From contig CAVPHR010000003.1 in assembly GCA_963704775.1 (NCBI GenBank), positions 14,050-78,049 of the forward strand: 64,000 nucleotides of DNA, written 5' to 3'. Made by a program: the position numbers and the translations under genes. Shown piece after piece: positions 48,776-62,057 of this stretch. The notes below the pieces were generated by a model, which searched no databases, was not told the origin of the DNA, and saw nothing but the letters and a program-made list of their open reading frames with translations. The first letter of the stretch is position 1. Each line of letters begins with the position of its first letter. The DNA is from an uncultured Chloroflexia bacterium. GTDB taxonomy: Bacteria; Chloroflexota; Limnocylindria; Limnocylindrales; CSP1-4.

Positions 48776-49904
48776 TCAGTCGAACGTGATGACCTGGCGC
48801 GTGTACTCGCCGCGGCGCATCGCTTCGAAGGCGTCCTCGAGATCGTCGAGCCCGATCCGCCGGTCGATCAGCCGGTCGATCGGCAGCCGGCCGTCGAGGT
48901 GCCACTGCGCGTACCGCGGGAAGTCCACCGCCGGGTCGGCGAACCCGTAGTTCGAGCCCAGGATCCGCCGGCTCTCGTCGACGAACGGATAGACGTCGAA
49001 CGAGGCCCGTGCCCCGAGCGGGGTCATGCCGACCAGGACCGCCGTCCCGGCCGAGCGGCAGCGACGAAATGGCGAGCTCGACCGTCGAGGGCAGCCCGAT
49101 CGCCTCGAAGGCGTAGTCCGGCCCGCCGTCGGTCAGGTCGCGCAGCGCGGCGAGCGTCTCGGCGTCGTCGGCGCCCGCCAGCAGGCCGTCCGTGGCGCCC
49201 ACATCGAGCGCGGTCGCGAGCTTCGCGGCGACCCGGTCGACCGCCACGATCCGGGACGCGCCCGCGAGCGCGGCGCCCATGACGCACGACAGCCCGACCC
49301 CGCCGAGGCCGATGACCGCGACCGTCGAGCCGGCCTCGACCGCGGCCGTCTTGAGCGCGGCGCCCACCCCGGTCGAGACGCAGCACCCGATGAGCGCGGC
49401 GACTGCCGGATCGACACCGTCGGGGATCGGGATCGCGGCCGCCTCGGGGACGACGGTCGCCTCGGACATCGTCGCGATGCCGCAATAGGACAGGACCGCC
49501 TCGCCGGCCGTGCCCGCGCCGTCGCCCGGCCGGTGCAACGCCGTCTCGCCGTCAAGCAGGCGGTGCCGGAACGACGGGGAGTCGGGGCAGGCCCACGGCC
49601 GGCCCGCCCGGCACGCCCGGCATGTCCCGCACGGCACCAGCCACGACAACGCGACCGGCTGCCCGACGCGCAACGACACGCCCGGCCCGACCGCCTCGAC
49701 GACGCCTGCGCCTTCGTGGCCCATCGCCATCGGCGTCGGGCGGGTCCACTCGCCGTCGCGAACGTGCAGGTCGGAATGGCAGACGCCCGAGGCCAGCAGG
49801 CGCACCCGGACCTCGCCGGCCCGCGGCTCGGCCAGCTCGAGCGACTGGATCACGGCGGCCTCGCCAGTCGCCTCGAGGACCGCCGCGCGGACGAGCGTGC
49901 TCAC
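48776..49904 (-). CDS. Zinc-dependent medium-chain alcohol dehydrogenase (frameshift)
   Basis: GVCHSDLH, GHEGAG, CGTCRAC..C, GLGGVG. Confidence 0.92.
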
Positions 49905-51639
49905 GTCTCGTTCTCTCGCCGGCGCTCGCACGAACCGGAGCGGCTCGTACGGCACGTACGCAGGCCACCAGGTCGCCGCATCGACGGCGGCCGATGCGCC
50001 ATCGGGCGAGATGTCCGCGCCCGCCACGCCGGTCTCGATCGCCTCGCGGACGACGGCGGTCGCGATCTCGCGCGACACCGCCCGGAGGGACGAGATCGGC
50101 GGGTAGAGCGCGCCCGACGCGATCCGCTCGTCGGTGACGGCGGCGGCCAGCGTCCTGGCCGCCAGCAGGAACATGCGGTCGGTGATGGCCCGGGTCTCGG
50201 CCACGATCGCCCCGAGGCCGACGCCCGGGAAGATGAAGGCGTTGTTCGCCTGGCCGATCTCGTGGCGCACGCCGTCGAGCGTGACCGCCTCGAACGGCGA
50301 CCCGGTCGCGACGATCGCCCGGCCCTGGCTCCAGGCGAGCACGTCGGCCGGCGTCGCCTCGGACGCGGATGTCGGGTTCGACAGCGGCAGCACGATCGGA
50401 CGGTCGGCCGGTCCGACGCGTTCGGCCATCGCGTCGATGACGGCCTCGGTGAACGTGCCGGCCACCCCGGTCGCCCCGACCAGGATCGTCGGCCGGCGGT
50501 CGCGGACGACCTCGAGCAGCGTCGGCGTGGCCGGCGCCGTCCACCGCGGGCACCGCGAGCTCCCGTTTCGTGGCATCGAGGTCGGTCCGGCCCGCGTGGA
50601 CCAGGCCCTGCGTGTCGACCAGCGCGATCGCCTCGTCGATGGCCGCCTCGGACAGCCCGGCCTCGCCCATCGCGGCCCGCAGCAGCCGGCCGATGCCGAT
50701 CCCGGCGCCACCCGCCCCGACCACGACGATCCGGGCGTCGCCGAGCGTCCGGCCCGTCGCCCGCAGCCCGGACAGGACGCCCGCGAGGACCACCGCGGCC
50801 GTGCCCTGGATGTCGTCGTTGAAGGCCGGAACGCGGCCCTGGTAGCGGTCGAGCAGGCGCAGCGCATTGGCCTGCTTGAAGTCCTCGAACTGGATGACGC
50901 AGCCCGGCCAGACCTCCTCGACGCCGCTGACGAAGGCCTCGACGAGCGCGTCGTACTCGGCGCCCCGCAGGCGCGGCGCCCGATAGCCGAGGTAGAGCGG
51001 ATCGGCGAGGAGCGCCGGGTTGTCGGTCCCGACGTCGAGCGAGACCGGCAGGGTCAGGGCCGGATGGATCCCGCACGCGGCCGTGTACACCGCGAGCTTG
51101 CCGGTCGGGATGGCCATGCCGCCCGCGCCCTGGTCGCCGAGCCCGAGGATCCGCTCGTTGTCGGTGACGACGATGAGCCGCACGTCCTCGAACGGACCCT
51201 GGCGCAGGAGGGTCGGGATCCGGTCGCGGTCGGCCGGGGTGATCCACGTGCCGCGGGTCCGCCGGATGATGTGGCTGAACTCCTGGCATGCCCGTCCGAC
51301 CGTGGGCGTGTAGACGATCGGCAGGAACTCCTCGAGGTGATCGGTCAGCAGCCGGTAGAAGAGCGTCGCGTTGCGGTCCTGGAGCGCCGCGAGGCCGATG
51401 TACTGCTCCAGGGCGTCGGCCTTCACGCGGAGATGCTCGAGCTCGAGCTCGGTCTGCTCCTCGATCGTCAGCACGCGGTCGGGCAGCAGCCCGCGCAGGC
51501 CGAAGGTCTCCCGTTCGTCGGGCGGGAAGGCGAGTTCCTTGGTCAGCAGCCGACTGCCGAGCAGGGCCGGACCAGCCAGCCCGATCGCCGCGGGACGACC
51601 GGCGGCGATGTCGTCGTACGGGTCCGGCAGGCGGCGCAT
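49901..51639 (-). CDS. NAD-dependent malic enzyme (frameshift near 50525)
   Basis: IVYTPTVG, VTDNERILGLGDQG, FNDDIQGT, GAGGAG, LSNPT, QANNAFIFPG. Confidence 0.95.
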
Positions 51640-51884
51640 CCCCGCGAGGATACCGGTCGAACCGACCCGCCGCGGGGGCCTGCGCAACCACCGATCCGGC
51701 GCGACGGCCGCGGTGTAGCATCACGACGCGGGACGCGGACCGCCGCCCAGACACGCGTCGATCCGAGCCCCGAGCCTGAGCGTCGTCGGCGTCTTGCGCC
51801 GTCCGCTCGATCCGTCGGTCCTGAGGGGGATCGATGCACGGAGGGACGTCGACCGGTCGAGTCGGCGGAGTGGAGGGTTCGGTC

Positions 51885-54800
51885 ATGCAGGGACGTCGTG
51901 GCTTCGCGGCCGTCATCGCCGCCGTGCTCCTCATCATCCAGGTCGCCGGGGTCGCGGCCGCCGCCGGCGCCGGCACGTCCAGTCCGGCCAGGAGCACCGC
52001 CGCGCCCATCGAGGGCAAGCTCCAGCGCGACCTCGCCGGCGGACGGGCGAAGAAGATCGTCGTCGAGTTCCGGGCCAAGGCGGACCTCAAGCCCGCTGCC
52101 AAGGTCAAGGACCGCGCCAAGCGCGGCCAGGCGGTCATCGACGCCCTCACGTCGACCGCCGGGACGTCCCAGCGGGCCGCCGCGGCCGTCGCCTCCAAGG
52201 CCCGCGGCGTCAACGCGACCACCTACTGGCTCACCAACGTGCTCGTCGTCGAAGGCGACTCCGCCACGCTCTCGAAGCTCGCGACGACCCTCGCCAAGGA
52301 CCCCGCGGTCGCGCGGATCCGCGCCGAGCGCAGCTATCCGCTGGTCGAGCCGATCGACCCGAAGGTCGCGGTCCTCGCGGCCGCCGGCGAGCCCGAGTGG
52401 GGCGTCGCGAAGATCGGGGCCGACAAGGCCTGGGCCGACGGCATCCTTGGCCAGGGCGTCGTCGTCGCGACGATCGACACCGGCGTCGAATACACCCACC
52501 CCGCGCTCGTCGACCACTACCTCGGCAACAACGGTGACGGGACGTTCACGCACGACTACCACTGGTGGGATCCGTCGGGCACGTGCCCGGACCCGGAGCC
52601 CTGCGACAACGTGGCCCACGGCACGCACACGATGGGCACGATCCTCGGCGGCGACGGCCCCGGCCCCTTCACGCCCGACATCGGCGTGGCCCCGGGCGCC
52701 AAGTGGATCGCGGCCAAGGGCTGCGAGGTCATCGACTGCTCGGAGGAGTCGCTGCTGTCGTCCGGCCAGTGGGTCCTCGCCCCGACCGACCTCAACGGCG
52801 AGAACCCCGACCCGAGCCAGCGCCCCGACATCGTCAGCAACTCGTGGGGCGGCGGCCCCGGCGACCCGTTCTATCTCGAGACCGTCCAGGCCTGGCGCGC
52901 GGCCGGCATCATCCCGGTCTTCTCGTCGGGCAACCCCGGCCCGTTCTGCGGCGAGGGCGGGTCGCCCGGCGACTTCCTCGAGGCGTTCAGCGTCGGCGCG
53001 ACCGACGACAACGACGTCATCGCCGACTTCTCCGGCCGCGGCCCGTCGGCCTACGGCAAGGTCAACCCCGACGTCTCGGCGCCAGGCGTCGATGTCGTCT
53101 CGAGCGTGCCCGGTGGCGGCTACGAGTCCTTCTCCGGCACGTCGATGGCGGCTCCGCACGTCGCGGGCACCCTCGCCCTGCTGCTGTCCGCGGACAACGC
53201 CCTGCGCGGCAACTTCGACGCGGCGACCGGCGCGATCCGCTCGACCGCCGTCGACCGTCTCGACGATTCGTGCGGCGGCGACCCCGACGGCGACCCGAAC
53301 AACGTCTATGGCGACGGCCGCATCGACGCCGGGCGCCGCGGCCGACCTGGTGGCGACCGGCGGGACCCTGGCCGGCACGATCACCGACTCGGCGACGGGC
53401 GACCCGATCCCGGGCGCCCAGGTCACCGCCGACAACGGCACCCGCCCGTTCACCACCTCGACCGACGCGGACGGCAAGTACGCGATGCTCCTCGCGGCCG
53501 GCGACTACACCGTGAGCGCCGCGTCCTTCGGCTACTTCGGCTCGGTCGTCCCGAGCGTCGTCGTCGTCACCGACGAGACCACGACCCAGCACTTCGCCCT
53601 CGACCCGCTGCCGCGGTTCACCGTCAGCGGCACCGTGTCGTCGGCCGAGAACGGCTCGCCGATCCCGGACGTCACGGTCCGGGCGGTCGGCACGCCCGTC
53701 GATCCCGTCACCACGAACGGTGCGGGCCACTACAGCCTCGAGCTGCCGATCGGCACGTTCACGATCAGCGCCTCGGCCGACGGCTGCACCGAGACCGGCA
53801 GCGCCGAGATCACCTCGGCCGGCGACCCGGTGACCCAGGACTTCGCCCTGTTCCGCAAGCTCGACGACTTCGGGCACGCCTGCGCCCCGATCGGCCTTCG
53901 ACTGGGTCGACGCCGACGGCCAGACCGCGCTCTTCGGCGACGAGATCGCCGGCCGCCTGCGCCTGCCGTTCACGTTCCCGTTCTACGGCGAGGAGTACAC
54001 GCAGGTCTATCTCACCGAGAACGGCTACGTGAACTTCCTGGCCCCGGAGCCCGGCTTCTACATCCCGACCGGCATCCCGGCCGGCGGGGCGCCGAACGCG
54101 GCCATCTACGCCCTCTGGCAGGACCTCTACATCACCGATGTCGGGTCGATCGATTCGGGGACCGTCGGCACGGCCCCGAACCGGGCGTTCGTCATCGAGT
54201 ACACCGACGTGCGCGTCCTCGGGGCGGCCGCGCTGCTCGACTTCGAGATCAAGCTCTGGGAGAACGGCACGATCGACCTGCTGTACGGCGGCAATCCGGC
54301 GAACCCGGGTGACGGCCGGACCGCGACCGTCGGGATCGAGGACGCGACCGGCACCGACGCCCTCCAGATCGGCTTCTTCGAGTCGATCCTCGAGTCCGAA
54401 CCACGCCATCCGCATCACCACCGTCCCGACCGGCTTCATCACCGGCACCGTCACCGACGCCAACGACGGCCTGCCGATCGCGGGCGCAGAGATCCACGCG
54501 ACACCGGGCGGCCGCCACACGACCACCAACGAGGACGGGCTCTACGAGCTCCGGCTCCTCGCCGGCACCTACCACGTCACCGCGACCGCCAACCTGTACG
54601 AGGACGGCAGCGCGACCGCGACCGTCACCGACGGCGTCGAGACGACCCGCGACTTCAGCCTCCGCGCGCCGACGGCCGCGGTGGACCCGACCGAGCTCAC
54701 GGCGGACGTCGACTTCGGGAAGACGTCGACGCAGGCCGTCACCGTGTCCAACGGCGGCTCGCTGCCGCTCGACTGGGTCGCCCGCGAGCGCGACCAGGGC

Positions 54801-57498
54801 GTCATCCTGCCGCCCCTCCCGGAACCGCAGATCAACGTGACCCGTGCGCCCACGTGGGGTCGACACGCCTTCCCGAAGGCGTTCCCGCGCTGGGCCCCGA
54901 CCGACGTCGCGTCGGCCAGCCTGACGACGATCATCAACGACCCGATCGGCGACGCCGATGGGTCGGTGGACGTCGGGAAGGTCCTGGCCGGCTCCGATGG
55001 CAGCTCGGTCGTCTCGATGGAGCTCGACTTCAGCCCCGGCACGCCCATGGACCAGGTCGTCGGGTACGTCTTCCTCGACGTCGATGAGGATCCGTCCACC
55101 GGCGTCCCGGCGACCGACGTGCTCGGCCTGCCGACACAGGACGTCGGCGTCGAGTACCTCCTCGACCTGTTCGAGACCCACGGTCCCGACGGGGTCGTCC
55201 TCGTCACCGACGCGCTCACCTTCGAGGTGGTCGCGGCCGTGCCCGTGACGTTCGCGGGCCAGAGCATGTCCTTCGATGTCCCGCTCGAGGCGCTCGGCAA
55301 CGATGACGGGAGCATCGCGACCGCGATGGTGCTCGGCGACTTCAACGCCCCGACGGACTGGGCGCCGGACATCGGTCACGGCACCATCCAGCCGTTCAGC
55401 GACGTCTCGTGGCTGAAGCCGGACCCGGCGACGGGCGAGGTCGCGACGGGCGGCAGCCAGGTCATCAACGTCACGATCGGCGACCCGGGTCTCTCGCCCG
55501 GCGAGTACCACGCCCAGCTCGTGCTGGTCACGAACGCGCCGCGCTCGGAGCAGGTCGCGATCGACGTGACGCTCAACGTGGCCCTGCCCGACTCGTTCGG
55601 CGGGGTCAGCGGCACCGTCACCGACGCCCATGACGGCGACCCGATCGCCGGGGCGACGGTCACGCTCCATGCGGACTACCCGCCCGGCACGCCGCTCGAC
55701 ATCGTCGCAACGAGCGACGCCGACGGCGCCTACTCGATCATCGGACCGGCCGGCACCTGGCCGACGGACATCACCAAGGACGGCTACGTGCCGGTCACCC
55801 AGGACACCGAGATCGTCTCGGCGGTCTCGACGCCCGGCGCCGACGTGGCGCTCCACAAGATCCAGCCGCATGCCTCGCTCGAGGGCGACCTCGAGCCGTC
55901 GTTCCTGCTGCCGGCCGGTCGCCAGGTGACCAGGACGCTCGTCCTGGGCAACCCCGGCGGCCACGCCGACCTGCACTTCACCGTCGGTGAGGTGGACCTC
56001 GGTGGCGGCACGGCCGCGTTGGCCGGCAAGCCCGGCGCCCGCACGCTGCCCGCCGGGACGAACCCGAACGCGCGCTCGACGCGTGGCTTCGGGTCGGCCG
56101 CGGCCGGGACGGCTGTCCCGCCACGCCTGACCGCCGACGGTGACGTCGTGGCCAGCTGGCCGACCGACATGTCGCTCCCGTGGGGCGTCGCCTACACGGG
56201 CGATGTCTGGCTGGGCGACCCGATCGACCTCATCGACGCGCACTTCACCACCGGCGGGCGACCGCCTGGGCGACTTCGCGCTCAGCGACTTCGCCGAGTG
56301 GGGCGCGGACATGGCCTTCGACAGGGGCCGCAAGCTGATCTGGCAGGTCAACGTGGGTGGCGACAACGGCATCTACGGCATCGACCCGGCCGACGGGACG
56401 GTGGTCCAGAAGATCACCGGGTCGCCGTGGGGCGACACCAGCCAGCGTGGCCTCGCCTACGACCCGGCGGCCGATGTCTTCTACATCGGTGGCTGGAACG
56501 AGGGCATCGTCTATCGCGTGGCCGGCCCGTCTCACACCGACCCCCGGCGAGACGCTCTCGCAGTGCAGCCCGCCGGACCCGAACATCTCCGGTCTCGCCT
56601 GGAACGGCTCCTTCGGACTGCTCTGGGAGCAGACCAACTCCGACACCGACACGATCTGGCTGATCGACCCGATCACCTGTGAGGCGACGCGCGGGATCCC
56701 GCATCCCGACGGCGGCGGCTTCGGCGGCGCCGGCATCGAGCTCGACGCCGTCGGCAACATCTGGACCGTCGGCCAGAACTCGCTCAACGCGTACCTCGTC
56801 GAATCCGGCCTGCCGACCTTCAGCGACGTCCCGTGGCTGACCGTCGCGCCGACGGAAGGCACGATCGCGCCCGACGGCACGGTCGACCTCGACATCTCGG
56901 TCGACACGACCGGGCTCGCGCCCGACGTCTACCGGGCGCTGGTCGCGGTCCAGACCGACGATCCCGACAACGCCCTCCTGCAGGTGCCCGTGACGCTCGT
57001 CGTCACCGACTTCCAGCAGGGCGTCAACGCCGGCGGCGAACCGCTACGTGGACGCCGACGGTGACGTGTTCGCCGCCGACCGCTCGTACGGCTCGGGTCC
57101 CTACGGCTACGTCCGACGCGGCTCGGTCCGGAGCACCGGCCACTCGATCGCGGGCACCGACCGAGGACGCCCGTTACAAGAACCTCCGCGAGGACATGAC
57201 CGCCTACAAGTTCGCGGTCGCCAACGGCTTCTACCAGGTGGACCTGAGCTTCGCCGAGCTCCAGTTCCGGCACGTCGGGGATCGCGTCTTCGACGTCAGC
57301 CTGGAGGGCACCCGCGTCCTGCGCTCACTCGACGTCGTCGAGGAGGCCGGGGCGCGCTACACCGCGCTCGACAAGACGTTCGTGGTCGAGGTGACCGACG
57401 GCGTGCTCGACATCGAGTTCGCGTCGCCGCGCGGCCACAAGCCGATCATCAACGCGATCTTCGTCACCCGCGTGCCGGAGGGCAGCCCCGGCGCCTGA
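51885..57498 (+). CDS. Large secreted S8 serine protease with CarboxypepD_reg-like repeats, propeller-like region and C-terminal malectin domain (about 1870 aa, frameshifted)
   Basis: Signal peptide; IDTG/HGTHTMG/GTSMAAPH triad; four GTVTD..G.PI.GA.V repeats; malectin-type FAELQF..GDRVFDVSLEG. Confidence 0.88.
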
Positions 57499-57569
57499 CG
57501 GTCCGCGGCTGTCGCACCTGGACGGGCCTCGCGGCGACGCGGGGCCCGATCCGTGCCCGGGCGCGCGGC

Positions 57570-58022
57570 TCAGCCGGGGCCGATCGTGACCGTGCCGACC
57601 ATCCCGTACGCCTCGTGGCCGGGGAGGTGGCAGATGTACTGCTGCGACCCGGCCGCGGCGAACATGACGGTCGTCGTCACCGTCTCGCCGGCACGGACCG
57701 TGACCTCGGTCGGGCGCGAGCCGTGGACCGGTTCCGTGCCGGTCCGGTGGCGCTCGTGGACCGCGGCGTCGCCGACGATCCACTCGTGGTCGATCGGGTC
57801 GCCGTTGTGGATCGTGAACGTGACCGGGACGCCGAGCGGCACGATCACCGCGCTCGGCTCGTACTGCGAGTAGTGGATCTCGATCGCGACCGTCGGGTCG
57901 TCGCGGCCGGAGAGCTCGACCCAGGCCCCGGCCATGCCCGCCACGCTCAGCGAGAGCACGACGCCGCCGACCAGGGCGAGCGGCCCTGGTCGGCGGCTGG
58001 CACGGACCGCGGGTTCCGGCAT
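57570..58022 (-). CDS. Cupredoxin (type-1 blue copper) protein
   Basis: NGDPIDHEW and YICHLPGHEAYGMVG ligands; N-terminal hydrophobic helix. Confidence 0.88.
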   Translation of the reverse strand: MPEPAVRASRRPGPLALVGGVVLSLSVAGMAGAWVELSGRDDPTVAIEIHYSQYEPSAVIVPLGVPVTFTIHNGDPIDHEWIVGDAAVHERHRTGTEPVHGSRPTEVTVRAGETVTTTVMFAAAGSQQYICHLPGHEAYGMVGTVTIGPG

Positions 58023-58027
58023 GCCGG

Positions 58028-59084
58028 TCAGGCCATCTGGACCGGCGGCCGGCGTCGGACCAGCATCAGGATGCCGCCGATGCCGCCGATGCTGAACGTC
58101 AGCCCGAGCAGCAGCCGGGCCGCCGCCTCGGACGCGAAGGTGCCCGGGCCGCCGGGCATGTCCAGGCCGGCCATGATCCGCGACGGCTGCGCCGCCGCGG
58201 TCGTGTCGACCGCGAGATCGAACGCGAGCTGCGCGCGCCGAGGCATCGATCCGGACCTTCGTCAGCCACGCGCTCGACGGCACCCACTCCATGCCCCGGT
58301 CGGAGCGCAGGTCGTCGAGCAGCGAGACCGTCGCCGGGGCGCTGTGGTCGAGCGACATGCCGTTGTCCCCGGTCGGGACCGGCAGGAGGGCCGGCGTGTG
58401 GTCGGTCAGCATGAAGACGTCGGCATCGACGCGCTCCGCGCCGGTCTTGCCGAGTGCGAGGATCCGCAGCGGGACCCACGGGTTGTCGGTCGGGATGGTG
58501 ATGTGGACCGGCGTCCCGTCACCGACCGCCTGGCCGCGCTCGGCGGCCGCGTCGGCATCGAACACCGCGGCAAGGAAGATCGGGCTGCGCGCCGCGTAGA
58601 AGTCGAGGACCTCGGGCGAATCGGGCGGGAGCCGGAAGCCGTGCTCGGTGGCCCACGCGCCGACCTCGTCGGCGCCGCCGCGCAGGACGGTGATGTCGAG
58701 CGCGTCGATCTGGACCTCCATGAGGACCTCGGCGTCGCCCGCGGCAGAGGCGGCTGGCGACGCGGCGGCCTCGCGGAGGAAGACCGGCTCGGTCTCGCGG
58801 AGCAGGCGCTGGAGCGTCCAGTCGCCGCCCTTCTCGACCTTGGACGGGATGCCGGGGAGGGGAGTCAGGCTCCCGAAGGCCCCGCCGCCGCCGGCGAACT
58901 GGAAGGCCGTGACGTAGTGCTCGTTGCCGTCGTGGTAGCCGGCGAAGGTGGTCGTGCGGAGCAGGTTGACGGCCCCGTTCGGACCGATGAGCCCCCCGCA
59001 GGCGAGGACCGGAGCCGCGACCGTCGCGGCGAGGACCAGGGCGGCGGCAAGACCCCCGCCGACGCGAACCATGGATCGGGTCAT
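58028..59084 (-). CDS. DUF2330-like secreted protein with C-terminal TM anchor (frameshift)
   Basis: Signal ending APVLA-CGG, FGSLTPLPGIP, WATEHGF, PVHITIPT..PWVPLRIL, hydrophobic tail followed by RRR. Confidence 0.72.
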
Positions 59085-59243
59085 CGCGGACCCTCCTGGG
59101 CTGGTGGCCGGTCGCTCGTCGGAGCGGGCCGGGTGGGGTCCAGAGACTCCGCCGCGGACGGCCGCGGGTTCCGCCGGGTCCCGGTGCGTCGTAGCCCCAT
59201 CGCCGGGTGGACCGGAGTGGACACGACGGGTCATCCTTGACCG

Positions 59244-60863
59244 ATGCATCGCCGATCCGCCGCCCTCGTCATGGGCGCGTCGCTGGTCCTCGCCCTCGTG
59301 GCGACGACGGGTGCCGCGGCCGCCCCGCCCACCGTTGCCGCCGCCGATTTCCCGGCCAAGGACAGCAAGTACCACAGCTATGCCGAGATGGTCGCGGTCC
59401 TCCAGGCGACCCAGACGGCCCACCCGGACATCGTCCAGATGTTCTCGATCGGCAAGAGCTACCTGGGCCGCGAGATGTGGGCGGTCAAGGTGTCCGACAA
59501 CGTCGCGACCGACGAGCCGGAGCCCGAGGTCCTCTTCGATTCGCTCCACCACGCCCGCGAGCACCTCTCGCTCGAGCAGAACCTCGCGCTGCTGCGCTGG
59601 CTGACCAACGACTACGGCACGAACACGCAGATCACGAACATCGTGAACACGCGCGAGATCTGGATCGTGTTCGCGGTGAACCCCGACGGCGCGGAGTTCG
59701 ACCTGACCGGCGACCCGTATCGCGAATGGCGCAAGAACCGCCAGCCGAACGCCGGCTCCACCCACCGGGGCACGGACCTCAACCGCAACTACGGCTACAA
59801 GTTCGGCTGCTGCGGCGGCTCATCGGGCAACAAGGCCTCGGCCACGTACCGTGGCAAGGCGGCCTTCTCCGCGCCCGAGACCCGGGCCATGCGCGACTTC
59901 ATGCTCAGCCGCCGGATCGGCGGCGTCCAGCAGATCAAGACCGCGATCACGTTCCACACCGCGGGCGAGCAGATCCTCTGGCCGTACGGCTACACGAAGA
60001 AGGACGTCCCGAGCGACATGACCGTCGACGACCACGCGGCCCTCGCCGCGATGGGCAAGAAGATGGCCAAGTTGAACGGCTACCACCCGATGCAGTCGAG
60101 CGGCCTGTACATCACCGACGGCGACGAGATCGACTGGGCGTACGGCACGCCAGCGCATCTGGATGTACACGTTCGAGCTCTATCCGAGCCACGCCAAGGT
60201 CGGCGGCCTCGCCCGCTTCTACCCGGCCGACGAGCTGATCAAGCGCGAGACCGACCGCAACCGCTCGGCGATCCTGTACCTCATCGAGCGGGCCAGCTGC
60301 CGGTACTCGATCCTGGGCAAGGCGAAGACCCACTGCGGCCCGCTTGTTCGAGGACTTCGAGACGGCCACGGGCTGGGACGCCGACCCGCTCCACACCGAC
60401 ACCGCCACCGGCGGCGCGTGGCAGCGCGGCAACCCGGCAGCGACGGCCCGGCAGGCGGGAACCGTCCCGTCGGGCTCGAGGGCGCTCGTGACCGGCAAGC
60501 TGGCCGGTTCGACGGCTCGGTCGTACGACGTCGACGGCGGCGTGACGTCCGTGCGCTCCCGGCTCGATCAGCCTGCCCTCGCCGACGGGCACGCTGTCGT
60601 TCAAGTACTACCTCGCGCACGGCTCGAACGCGTCGGCGGCCGACTACTTCCGGGCCTACGTCGAACGCGAGGACGGGACGCGCACCCTCGTGAAGCAGGA
60701 GAAGGGCGCGCCGAACGTGGACCGGCCGAGCTGGACCACGGTCAGGGTCTCGATGGCCCCGTGGGCCGGCGAGAAGGTGCGGATCGTCTTCGAGGCGGCC
60801 GACGAGGGTGGCGCGAGCACGGTCGAGGCGGCCGTGGACGACGTCCGGATCAGCCGCCCGTAG
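59244..60863 (+). CDS. Secreted M14 zinc carboxypeptidase (CPT-like) with C-terminal beta-sandwich domain (frameshifted)
   Basis: HHAREH, NPDG, WRKNR, DLNRNY, FSAPET, TFHT, TFEL. Confidence 0.92.
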
Positions 60864-62057
60864 CGGGTTCCGGGGAGAGGCCGCGCGGCAACGCGACCCG
60901 GAACGTGGTCCCGCCACCGGCCGGTGAGTCGACCGAGATCGTGCCGCCGTGGGCCTCCACGAGCCCGCGGGCGATGGCCAGACCCAGCCCGGAGCCGCGC
61001 GACCCGTCGCCCTTGACGAACCGCTCGAACACGTAGGGCCGCAACGCCGGTTCGATGCCCGGGCCGGTGTCGGTCACGCTCGAGCACGACCTCCTCGGCG
61101 GTGGCCTGACCGCGGATCGTGACCGTGCCGCCCTCCGGCGTGTGGCGCAGCGCGTTCGCCACGAGGTTCGCGAGGACCTCGCGGATCCGCACCGGATCGA
61201 GGTCGAGGATCGGCAGGTCGTCGGAGACCTCGGCCACGAGCGTGACGCCCCCGCGTGTGGCGGTCGTCGTGAATGAGCGGACGACGTCGCCGACGAGCAC
61301 GTCGGGGTCGGTCGGCTCCGGGTGGAGGGCCAGCGTGCCGGCCTCCGACAGCGTGAGGGTCCGCAGGTCGTCGATGAGCCGCTCGAGCACCCGGGTCTCC
61401 TCGAGGATCGGGGTCAGGTGCGACTCGTCGGCCGGATAGACCCCATCGAGGATGGCCTCGAGGTTGCCGGTGATGACCGCCAGCGGCGTGCGCAGCTCGT
61501 GGCTCACGTCGGCGAGCAGCGTCCGGCGCTGTTCCTCGTCGGCCTCGAGCCGGGCGGCCATGGTGTCGAAGCCGCTCGCGAGCTCGCGGATCGCCGGCAG
61601 GTCCGAGCGGGTCTTGCCGACGCGGGCCCCGTAGTCGCCGTCCTCGACGCGGCGGGTCGCGGCCAGCATCTTGTCGAGGTCCCGGCCGGCGCCGATCAGT
61701 CCGCGGGCGATGGCCGCAAGGATCGCGATGGCTGCGGCCGCCGCGATGACGATCTGGAGCGGACCGAGGTGCGAGATGACCGACGCCAGGCCCGCGACGA
61801 TCGAGGCGACGATGAGCAGGAACAGGAACCCGAAGATGCAGCCGAAGCCCTGGCGCCGTCGCCAGCCCTGGCTCTGGCGGTACTCGTGTCGGCGCATGTA
61901 GCGCGCCCGCGCCCGCATCTGGCGTGCGAACGGGTCGCGCCGGTCGAAGCCCTGGTGCTCCCACGGCCGGTGCCGGCCATGGTCGGCTCGGCCGGGTGCG
62001 GGGAGGGCCGGGATCGTTCGGTCCGCCGGGTCCGTCGGGTCCGCCGGGAACCGTCAC
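60850..62057 (-). CDS. Intramembrane-sensing HAMP histidine kinase (frameshifted)
   Basis: Two TM helices with a very short loop, SHELRTP, NLVANA, DTGPGI, GSGLGL. Confidence 0.92.

Noticed and set aside
48732-50867. Apparent malic enzyme-ADH fusion ORF
   Set aside because: Frame artefact from indels; a GTGA stop/start overlap at 49901-49904 marks two genes
50134-54312. Very long alternative-frame and antisense ORFs (for example 1392 aa here, 1064 aa at 16535-19729, 992 aa at 11151-14129)
   Set aside because: Shadow ORFs expected at very high GC; Arg/Pro/Ala-rich and overlapping well-supported genes
57570-59765. Apparent 731-aa DUF2330-cupredoxin fusion
   Set aside because: An indel near 58235 shifts the frame; the natural TM tail and stop lie at 58028
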